From Candidatus Eiseniibacteriota bacterium (GTDB lineage: Bacteria; Eisenbacteria; RBG-16-71-46; SZUA-252): DNA of 64,000 nt. How positions within the stretch are numbered: position 1 is the first letter of the stretch; every line of letters starts with the position of its first letter. The position numbers and the translations under genes are program-made. The notes under the pieces were generated by a model. It was not told the origin of the DNA. It ran no database searches and was given only the letters and a program-made list of their open reading frames with translations. Location of the stretch: contig OY969801.1 of assembly GCA_963703225.1 (NCBI GenBank), forward strand, positions 2,368,001 to 2,432,000, written 5' to 3'. Shown here one piece after another: positions 11,101 through 22,000 of this stretch.

Positions 11101-14100
11101 GACGCGGGCGCCCCCGCAGGCGCCACGATCAACGCATCGACGGGCGCCTTCAGCTGGACCCCGGCGACGCAACGGCACCTTCCCCGTCACGATCCGGGTC
11201 ACCGACAACGGAACGCCGCCGCTCAGCGATTTCGAGGCGATCACCATCTCGGTGAGCCCCGCTCCCAACCAGACGCCGGTGCTCGGCGCGATCGGCAACA
11301 AGACGGTGAACGAGCTGACGGCGCTAGCGTTCACGGCGACCGCGACCGATCCCAACGCGGGAGACCTGCTCGCGTTCTCGCTCGACGCCGGCGCCCCGAC
11401 CGGAGCGGCGATCAACGGCTCGACGGGCGCGTTTGCCTGGACCCCAACCGAGTCGCAGGGCCCGGGCAGCTTCCCGATCGTCGTTCGGGTGACCGACAAC
11501 GGCAGCCCGACCCTCAGCGATTTCGAGACGATCACGGTCACCGTCAACGAGGTGAACACGGCCCCCGCGGTGGCGAGCCCGGGCGACAGGACGGTCAACG
11601 AGCTTTCGAACCTCGCGTTCACGGCGGGGGCGGCCGACGCGGACCAGCCGGCAAACACGCTCGCCTGGTCCCTCGACGCAGGCGCGCCGGCGGGGGCTAC
11701 GATCAACGCCGCGACGGGAGCCTTCTCGTGGACTCCGACCGAGACCCAGGGCCCGGGCGTCCATCCCGTCACGATCCGGGCGACCGACAACGGAACGCCC
11801 GTTCTGAGCGGTACCTCGGCGATCACGGTCACGGTGAACGACGTGAACGCGGCGCCCGTGCTGGCTCCGATCGGCGACAAGACCGTGAACGAGGTGGCGA
11901 CGGTCGCCTTCACGGCGACGGCCACGGACAGCGACGTGCCCGCCGGCACCGTGACCTTCTCGCTCGACGCGGGCGCTCCGACCGGCGCCACGATCAACGC
12001 CTCAACGGGAGCGTTCTCCTGGACGCCGACCGAAGCGCAGGGCCCCGGGACTTACCCGGTGACGATCCGCGCGACCGACAACGGAACGCCGTCCTTGAGC
12101 GATTTCGAGGCGATCGCCATCACGGTCAACGAGGTGAACGCCGCGCCGGTCGTGGCGAGCCCGGGAAACAAGACCGTCAGCGAGCTGGTCGCGCTCAACT
12201 TCACCGCGAGCGCAACGGACTCGGATCAGCCGGCCAACGCGCTGAGCTGGTCGCTGGACGGAGGCGCTCCCTCCGGGGCCGCGATCAATGCCTCGACAGG
12301 CGTTTTCGCGTGGACGCCTACGGAAACGCAGGGCCCAGGCACCTACCCGGTGACGATCCGCGTGACCGACAACGGAGCGCCGATTCTCAGCGGCACGGCG
12401 GCGATCGCGGTCACGGCGAACGAGGTGAACGCGGCTCCCGTGCTGGCGCCGATCGGCGACCGAACGGTGAACGAGCTGGCCGCGTTTACCTTCACGGCAG
12501 CCGCGACTGACGCCGATTTCCCCGCGAATGCCCTGGCCTTCTCGCTCGACGCGGGGGCGCCGGCCGGTGCGACGATCACCGCATCGACGGGCGCGTTCTC
12601 TTGGACGCCCTCCGAAGCGCAGGGACCCGGCACGTTCCCGATTACGATTCGGGTGACGGACAACGGGACGCCGACCCTCGATGACTCCCAGGCGTTCACC
12701 GTAACCGTGAACGAGGTGAACGGGGTGCCGGTGGTTACGAACCCTGGCGACCGAACCGTGAACGAGCAGGCGCAGCTGACCTTCACGCTGACCGCAACCG
12801 ACTCCGACGTTCCCGCGAACACGCTGACCTGGTCGCTCGACGCGGGCGCTCCCATGGGAGCCACCATCAATGCGACGACGCACGTCTTCTTCTGGACACC
12901 GACGGAAGCGCAGGGCCCCGGGGTCTACCCCATCACCGTCCGGGCGATCGACGATGGGTCGCCATCGCTGAGCGGAACCGCCGCCTTCACGATCGCGGTC
13001 AACGAAGTGAACGTCGCGCCGGTTCTCGTGCCGATCGGCAACAAGGCGGGCACCGTGGGGCTTCCAATCACGTTCACCGCCACCGCGACCGACGCCGACA
13101 ATCCGGCCAACACACTTACCTTCTCGCTCGACGCCGGGGCGCCGGCTGGCGCGACGATCAATGGCTCGACCGGGGCCTTCAGTTGGACCCCCAGCGCCAA
13201 CGGCGCGTTCCCGATCACGGTGCGGGTCACCGACAACGGTGCACTGCCGCTGAGCGACTTCGAGGTCGTGACGCTCTCGGTGAGCCCCGCCCCGAACCGG
13301 GCGCCGGTGCTCGACCCGATCGGAGACAAGACCGTGGGCGAGCTGGCGACCCTCACCTTGACGGCAACGGCGAGCGATCCTGACGGCAACGGGATGGCGT
13401 TCACCCTGGACGCGGGCGCCCCGACCGGCGCGGCGATCGGCGGGTCGGGTGCGTTCAGCTGGACTCCGACGGAGGCCCAGGGCCCGGGGAGCTACCCGAT
13501 CACGGTCCGGGTGACCGACAACGGCAACCCCAACCTGAGCGACTTCGAGACGATCACGGTCACGGTTCTCGAGGTGAACGGCGCGCCGGTGGTGGTCAGC
13601 CCTGGGAACCGGACCGTCAGCGAGCTGGCGGCTCTCAACTTCACGGTGACCGCGACCGACGCCGACGTGCCGGGGAACACGCCTTCCTGGTCGCTCGACG
13701 GGGGCGCGCCGAGCGGCGCCGGAATCAACGCCTCCACGGGCGCCTTTGCGTGGACGCCAACCGAGGCGCAGGGCCCGGGCTCCTATCCGGCGACGATCCG
13801 CGCGACCGACAACGGGACGCCAGCTCTGGACGGAGCGGCTGCGATCACCATCCTGGTCGGTGAGGTGAACGCGGCGCCCGTGTTGGCCGCGATCGGCGAC
13901 AAGACGGTGGACGAGCTGACCGCGCTGACCTTCATGGCCAGCGCATCCGACGCGGATCTCCCGGCCAACGCCTTGACCTTCTCGCTCGACGCGGGTGCGC
14001 CCGCGGGCGCGACGATCGGCGCCTCCACCGGTGCCTTCTCCTGGACTCCGACGGAGACGGACGGCCCGGGCATCCATTCCGTGACGGTCCGCGTCGTGGA

Positions 14101-15868
14101 CGACGGGTCGCCCTCGCTGAGCGACGCTGAGACGATCGCGATCACGGTCGCCGAAGCGAACTCGGCGCCGGTCCTGAACCCGATCGGCAACAAGGCTGGC
14201 GCGGTGGGCGTGCCCGTCATCTTCACTGCCACAGCGACGGATACGGACCTGCCGGCGAACTCGCTCTCCTTCTCGCTCGACGCGGGCGCGCCCGCGGGCG
14301 CGACGATCAACACCACAACGGGCGGTTTCGGCTGGATCCCGGACGCCACGGGCGTCTTCCCCGTGACCCTCCGCGTGACCGACAACGGCACGCCACCCTT
14401 GAGCGCCTTCGAGGAGATCACGATCACGGTGGGCGCGGCTCCGAACGCGGCGCCCGTCCTCGCCGGGATCGGCGACAAGACGGTGAACGAACTCGCACCA
14501 CTCGCGTTCACGGCCACGGCGACGGACCCGGACGCCGGCCAGACGTTGGCGTTCTCGCTCGACCCGGGGAACCCGACGGGCTCGGCGATCGACCCGGCGA
14601 GCGGCGTCTTCGGATGGACGCCCGCCGAGGCGCAGGGCCCGGGCTCCCATCCGGTCACCGTTCGCGTGACTGACAACGGGACTGGATTTCTGAGCGACTT
14701 CGAGACGCTCACGGTGGCGGTGAGCGAGGTGAATGGGGCGCCCGCCCTCGCTCCCATTGGAAATCAGACCGTGACCGAGGGCGCGCTGCTCGCCTTCACG
14801 GCCACCGCGACCGATGGCGACATCCCAGCCAACGCGATCGCCTTTTCGCTAGGGACCGGCGCTCCGACGGGGGCGACGATCGATCCCGGCACGGGCGCCT
14901 TCTCGTGGACTTCATCCGCGGCGGGCGTCTACCCACTCACGATCCGCGCCACCGATAATGGGGCCCCACCGCTGACGGCTTCACAGATGATCTTCATCAC
15001 CGTGGGCGATCCCACGAACCGCGCCCCGGTCCTGGCGGCGATCGGCAACCGGACGATCGACGAGTCGGTGCGATCGACCTTCACCGCGACCGCAACCGAT
15101 CCCGATTTCGGCCAGACTCGGACCTTCACGCTCGACGCCGGCGCGCCCGCCGGCGCATCCATCCATCCTGTGACCGGTGTCTTCAGCTGGACGCCGACCG
15201 ACGCCCAGGGGCCGGGCAGCTACCCCGTCACGGTGCGGGTCACGGACAACGGCCCTCCCCCGCTGAGCGATTCGGAGACGATCACGATTGCGGTGAACGA
15301 CGTGAACGCGGTCCCGGTATTGGCCCCCATCGGCAGCAAGACCGTGTTGCCCAGGGTCGCGCTCACCTTCACCGCGACTGCGACCGACCCAGACGTTCCG
15401 GTGAACACGCTGACCTTCTCGCTCGACCCTGGCGCACCGACGGGCGCGACGATCGACCCCTCGGCTGGGGCCTTCAGCTGGACGCCCGATGCGACCGGAA
15501 CGTACTTGGTGACAATCCGCGTCACGGACGACGGGAGCCCACCGCTGACCGACTTCGAGGCCATCACGATCAACGTGTCCGAGCACGCCGCGGCCACGGC
15601 CCTGCGGCCCTGCTTCCCCAACCCCTTCAGTGCCGCCACCCGCATTGACTATCGGCTCCAGGCCGAAGAGCATGTCCGGCTTGCCATCTACGACATCCGC
15701 GGCCGCGAGGTGCGGGTGCTCGTCGACGCGGTGGAGAGTGCCGGGGACCACTCCGCCGCCTGGGACGGCACCGGCAATAGCCGCAGATCGCTGGCGAGCG
15801 GCTTCTACATCTACCGCCTCAGCGCCGGCGGCGTGACGCTAACGGGGCGTGTGATCCTGGCCCGGTAG
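2192..15868 (+). CDS. Giant secreted cadherin-like/putative Ig (He_PIG-type) repeat protein, ~4,550 aa, C-terminal PNPF/FlgD-Ig-like domain; split by ~7 frameshifts
   Basis: Signal peptide MVLPSPVRVFYLVAITYVIGMLSVPILALA; 46 repeats of ~94-97 aa (PVL..IGNKTVNE...ATDxD...FSLDAGAPAGATI...FSWTP...IRATDNG); ends PCFPNPF...IYDIRGREVR.L...WDG...LASG.Y.YRL...ILAR. Reconstructed from ORFs 2132, 4506, 5303, 5758, 10397, 11252 with shifts near 4545, 5235, 5310, 5710, 10250, 10740, 11170. Confidence 0.85.
2280..15580 (+). repeat. Intragenic tandem array of 46 ~291-bp units, including a near-identical block at ~4555-5230 and ~5720-6395 (offset 1165 bp)
   Basis: Counted conserved Trp (FxWTP) motifs at ~290 bp spacing from 2450 to 15478; duplicated shadow ORFs at 4684/5849 and 4802/5967. 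Confidence 0.9.
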
Positions 15869-15896
15869 GAGCGGCGGCCGGGGACACCTCACTCGC

Positions 15897-15945
15897 CCGC
15901 AACTCGTTGAAATGAATTGACAAGAGCGCGCTCGAGGAGTAGCAT
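15897..15945 (+). promoter_or_regulatory. Sigma70-type promoter of giant gene 2 with upstream CAAC-N2-GTTG palindrome
   Basis: CAACtcGTTG 15900-15909; perfect TTGACA 15917-15922; 17 bp spacer; TAGCAT 15940-15945. Confidence 0.75.
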
Positions 15946-16063
15946 ACCGGGCGACTTCATGCTTATGCTGTGGGTCTTATTGCTCCCCGCCTGGCTCGAT
16001 CGCCTCGGCTTCCATCCCCGCGACCGCCTGCGCTCGGGGAGTAGCTAGCCAGGGGGGGGCCCC

Positions 16064-19000
16064 GTGATTCTCCACCGTTCATTCCGCATTTCCTTCATTT
16101 CCTCCACGCTTTCCCTGCTCACGCTTCTCGCGCTGCCCAACTCCGCACAAGCCAACGTCGTTTCGTGGATCAATGCAGCGGGCGGCAGTTGGGGAACCGC
16201 GGCCAACTGGAGCTCCAATCCGTCCCTGCCGGCCGCGTCGGACACCGTGAACATCACGCTGGCGGGCTCGTACACCGTGACGCTCAGCGTCAGCGCGACG
16301 GCTGCGAGGCTCGTGCTGGGCGGCGCGTCCGGGACGCAGACGTTATCGATAACGGGCAATTCGCTGACGCTGGACGGCCCGAGCGTCGTGAACGCCAACG
16401 GCGTCCTAACCGAGGTTTCGGGATTCATCCTAGGCAACGGAACCTTGACGGTGGACGGCATCATGAATTGGGGCGCCGGCCAGATGTCCACGTCTGGAAC
16501 CGGGGCGACGACGATCGGCTCGACGGGGGTGCTGAACCTGAACGGAACAGGTGGACAGCTCATGTCCGGACGAGCCCTGAGCAACGCGGGCACGGTGAAC
16601 TGGACGTCGGCGGCCGGCTTGGTCATGAGCTCGGGTGCGGTGGTGAATAACAGCGGGTTGTGGGACTGCCAGAGCGACGTGACGATCGCATTCGGGGGCG
16701 GCGCCGCGGTTTCGTTTAACAACACGGGCACGTTCCAGAAGTCGGCGGGTACGGGGACGACATCGCTAGGGATTCCCTACGTCAACAACGGGACGATGCA
16801 GGTGTTGACGACGGGGACACTGACGTTGCCGCTTGGTGGGACGAGCACGGGGCCGATGATCGCGGGGACGGGGGTCATCGACTTCAACGCGTCGACGCAC
16901 AACCTGAACGCGGGCACCAGCCTGAGCGGCGGGATCCACATCTCCGGCGGCACGGTGAACGTGAACACGCCTATCACGTTCAGCTCCGGGACTATGACCC
17001 AGACGGCGGGGGTGCTGGGTGGTCCCGACACGCTGACGGTGACGAGCACGTACACCTGGACCGGCGGTCAGATGACGGGGACGGGTACGACGAAGTTCAC
17101 GTCCACGGGGGTGCTGAACCTGGGCAGTGCGACGGGGGAGACGCTTTCGGGTCGGCGGCTGAGCAATGCGGGGACGGTGAACTGGACGGGGACGGGGGTG
17201 TTCGCGGTGGGCTCGGCCGCGGTGGTGAACAACAGTGGGTTGTGGGATTGCCAGAACAACGCGTCGATCATCAACGGGGGTGGTACCGCGCCCGCGTTCA
17301 ACAACCTCGGTCCGGGGACGTTCCAGAAGTCGACTTTGACGGGAACGTCATCGCTGGGGGTTCCGTACGTCAACAATGGGACGATGCAGGTGTTGACGAC
17401 GGGGACGCTGACACTGCCGTCTGGAGGGGCAAGCACGGGGCCGATGATCGCGGGGACGGGGGTCATCGATTTCAATGGGTCGACGCACAACCTAAACCCT
17501 GGCACCAGCCTGAGCGGCGGGATCCAGATCTCGGGTGGCACGGTGAACGTGAACACGCCGTTGACGTTCAGTTCCGGGACGATGACGGAGACGGCGGGGG
17601 TGCTGGGTGGTCCCGACACGCTGACGGTGACGAGCACGTACACCTGGACCGGCGGGCAGATGACGGGGACGGGTACGACGAAGTTCACGTCTACGGGGGT
17701 GCTGAACCTGGGCAGTGCGACCGGGGAGACGCTGTCGGGTCGGCGGCTGAGCAATGCGGGGACGGTGAACTGGACCGGGGCGGGAGTGTTCCAGATGCAA
17801 TCGGCCGCGGTGGTGAATAACGGCGGGTTGTGGGATTGCCAGAACAACGCGTCGATCATCAACGGGGGTGGTACCGCGCCGGCGTTCAACAACCTCGGTC
17901 CGGGGACGTTCCAGAAGTCGATCTTGACGGGAACGTCATCGCTGGGGGTTCCGTACGTCAACAATGGGACGATGCAGGTGTTGACGACGGGGACGCTGAC
18001 ACTGCCGTCTGGAGGGGCAAGCACGGGGCCGATGATCGCGGGGACGGGGGTCATCGATTTCAATGGGTCGACGCACAACCTAAACGCTGGCACCAGCCTG
18101 AGCGGCGGGATCCAGATCTCGGGCGGCACGGTGAACGTGAACACGCCGTTGACGTTCAGTTCCGGGACGATGACGGAGACGGCGGGGGTGCTGGGTGGTC
18201 CCGACACGCTGACGGTGACGAGCACGTACACCTGGACCGGCGGGCAGATGACGGGGACGGGTACGACGAAGTTCACGTCTACGGGGGTGCTGAACCTGGG
18301 CAGTGCGACCGGGGAGACGCTGTCGGGTCGGCGGCTGAGCAATGCGGGGACGGTGAACTGGACGGGGACGGGAGTGTTCCAGATGCAATCGGCCGCGGTG
18401 GTGAACAACAGTGGGTTGTGGGATTGCCAGAACAACGCGTCGATCATCAACGGAGGTGGTACCGCGCCGGCGTTCAACAACCTCGGTCCGGGGACGTTCC
18501 AGAAGTCGATTTTGACGGGGACGACATCGCTGGGGGTTCCGTACGTCAACAACGGGACGATGCAGGTGTTGACGACGGGGACGCTGACACTGCCGTCTGG
18601 AGGGGCAAGCACGGGGCCGATGATCGCGGGGACGGGGGTCATCGATTTCAATGGGTCGACGCACAACCTGAACGCGGGCACCAGCCTGAGCGGCGGGATC
18701 CACATCTCCGGCGGCACGGTGAACGTGAACACGCCGTTGACGTTCAGTTCCGGGACGATGACGGAGACGGCGGGGGTGCTGGGTGGTCCCGACACGCTGA
18801 CGGTGACGAGCACGTACACCTGGACCGGCGGGCAGATGACGGGGACGGGTACGACGAAGTTCACGTCTACGGGGGTGCTGAACCTGGGCAGTGCGACCGG
18901 GGAGACGCTGTCGGGTCGGCGGCTGAGCAATGCGGGGACGGTGAACTGGACCGGGGACGGGAGTGTTCCAGATGCAATCGGCCGCGGTGGTGAACAACAG

Positions 19001-22000
19001 TGGGTTGTGGGATTGCCAGAACAACGCGTCGATCATCAACGGGGGTGGTACCGCGCCGGCGTTCAACAACCTCGGTCCGGGGACGTTCCAGAAGTCGATT
19101 TTGACGGGAACGTCATCGCTGGGGGTTCCGTACGTCAACAATGGGACGATGCAGGTGTTGACGACGGGGACGCTGACACTGCCGTCTGGAGGGGCAAGCA
19201 CGGGGCCGATGATCGCGGGGACGGGGGTCATCGATTTCAATGGGTCGACGCACAACCTTAACGCGGGCACCAGCCTGAGCGGCGGGATCCAGATCTCGGG
19301 CGGCACGGTGAACGTGAACACGCCGTTGACGTTCAGTTCCGGGACGATGACGGAGACGGCGGGGGTGCTGGGTGGTCCCGACACGCTGACGGTGACGAGC
19401 ACGTACACCTGGACCGGCGGGCAGATGACGGGGACGGGTACGACGAAGTTCACGTCTACGGGGGTGCTGAACCTGGGCAGTGCGACGGGGGAGACGCTGT
19501 CGGGTCGGCGGCTGAGCAATGCGGGGACGGTGAACTGGACGGGGACGGGAGTGTTCCAGATGCAATCGGGCGCGGTGGTGAACAACAGTGGGTTGTGGGA
19601 TTGCCAGAACAACGCGTCGATCATCAACGGGGGTGGTACCGCGCCGGCGTTCAACAACCTCGGTCCGGGGACGTTCCAGAAGTCGATCTTGACGGGAACG
19701 TCATCCATCGGCGTCCCCTACACGAATGCAGGTACCACCCAGGTTCTGACCGGGATTCTGGCCTCCACCACGAGCTATACCCAGACGGCGGGCGCCACGA
19801 TTCTCAACGGGGGAAATCTCACTACGGCAACGCCCCTCAATATCAATGGTGGCCTCCTGTCTGGGTTCGGAACGGTCACCGGGAACGTAGCCAATGCCGG
19901 CGGCATCGTCACTCCCGGATTCTCGCCCGCCATTCTCAACGGGGTCGGCAGCTACACCCAATCCTCGGGTGGCGCCTACAACGTCGAAATCGGTGGACTG
20001 ACAGCGGGCTCGGAGTTCGATCAACTGAACATATCGGGAGCTGCGACGCTCAACGGCGCGCTCAACGTCTCCCGCATCAACGGGTTCAACCCCTCGACCG
20101 GAAACACATTCACCATCTTGACATGCGGCTCGCGCTCCGGGGTGTTCAGCACCGAGAACCTCCCCGCACTCGGTTCCAACCTTGGTTGGACGGTGACGTA
20201 TAACCCCACCTCGGTGGTCCTGAACGTCGTCTCCACAGGAAACTCGCCGCCGGTGCTGGCCGCGATCGGCAACAAGACGGTGAACGAGTTGGCACTCCTG
20301 GCTTTCACGGCGACCGCGACGGATCCCGACGCGGGCCAAACGGTTGCGTTTTCCTTGGACGCCGGCGCGCCCGCGGGCGCCACGATTGGCGCCTCGACCG
20401 GTGCCTTCGCCTGGACCCCGACCGAAGTGCAGGGCCCTGGCGTCTTCCCGGTCACCATCCGCGCGACCGACAACGGGGGGCCCCCGCAGAGTGATTCCGA
20501 GACGATCACGGCGACTGTGAGCGAGGTGAACGTGGCGCCGGTCCTGGCCGCCATAGGAAACAAGACGACGAACGTGGGCGTCCCAGTGGCCTTCACGGCC
20601 ACGGCGACCGACGCGGATCTCCCTGCGAATTCGCTCGCCTTTTCATTGGACGCGGGCTTCCCCACCGGCGCCGCGATCAATCCGACGACCGGAGCGTTCT
20701 CGTGGACACCCACCGCGGGGCAGGTCGGCAACAACGCCATGACGGTTCGCGTCGCGGACAATGGAACGCCTCCGCTCAGCGGATCCGAATTTGTCACCGT
20801 GACCGTGAACCCCGCGCTCAATCAACCGCCCGTCCTCGCCACAATTGGGGATAAGACCGTGAACGAATTGGCGACGTTGGCCTTCACGGCGTCGGCGACC
20901 GACCCGGATGCGGGACAGACGATCGCGTTTTCTCTGGACGCGGGCGCAGCTCCAGGAGCTGGGATCAACGCGGCTACGGGCGCCTTCTCTTGGACGCCCA
21001 CTGAGGCACAGGGCCCCGGGAGCTTCCCCGTCACGATCCGGGCGACCGACAACGGCACGCCTCCGATGAGCGATTTCGAGGTGATCACGGTCACCGTGAA
21101 CGAGGTGAACGTGGCGCCGGTTCTTGCCGCGATCGGAAACAAGACGGTGAGCGAGCTGGTCGCGTTGACCTTTACCGCCACGGCCACCGACGCCGATCTT
21201 CCGACCAACACGCTGGCCTTCTCGCTCGACGCGGGTGCTCCGGCCGGCGCGACGATCAATGGCTCGACGGGCGCCTTCAGCTGGACCCCCACCGAGGCGC
21301 AAGGCCCGGGGAGCTTCCCCATCACGATTCGGGCGACGGACAATGGCGCCCCGCCGATGAGCGACTTCGAGGTGATCACGGTCACCGTGAACGAGGTGAA
21401 CGTGGCGCCGGTTCTTGCCGCGATCGGAAACAAGACGGTGAACGAGCTGGTCGCGTTGACGTTTACCGCCACGGCCACCGACGCCGATCTTCCGACCAAC
21501 ACGCTGACCTTCTCGCTCGACGCGGGTGCTCCGGCCGGCGCGACGATCAATGGCTCGACGGGCGCCTTCAGCTGGACCCCCACCGAGGCGCAAGGCCCGG
21601 GGAGCTTCCCCATCACGATTCGGGCGACGGACAATGGCGCCCCGCCGATGAGCGACTTCGAGGTGATCACGGTCACCGTGAACGAGGTGAACGTGGCGCC
21701 GGTTCTTGCCGCGATCGGAAACAAGACGGTGAACGAGCTGGTCGCGTTGACGTTTACCGCCACGGCCACCGACGCCGATCTTCCGACCAACACGCTGACC
21801 TTCTCGCTCGACGCGGGTGCTCCGGCCGGCGCGACGATCAATGGCTCGACGGGCGCCTTCAGCTGGACCCCCACCGAGGCGCAAGGCCCGGGGAGCTTCC
21901 CCATCACGATCCGGGCGACGGACAATGGCGCCCCGCCGATGAGCGATTTCGAGGTGATCACGGTCACCGTGAACGAGGTGAACGTGGCGCCGGTGGTCAC

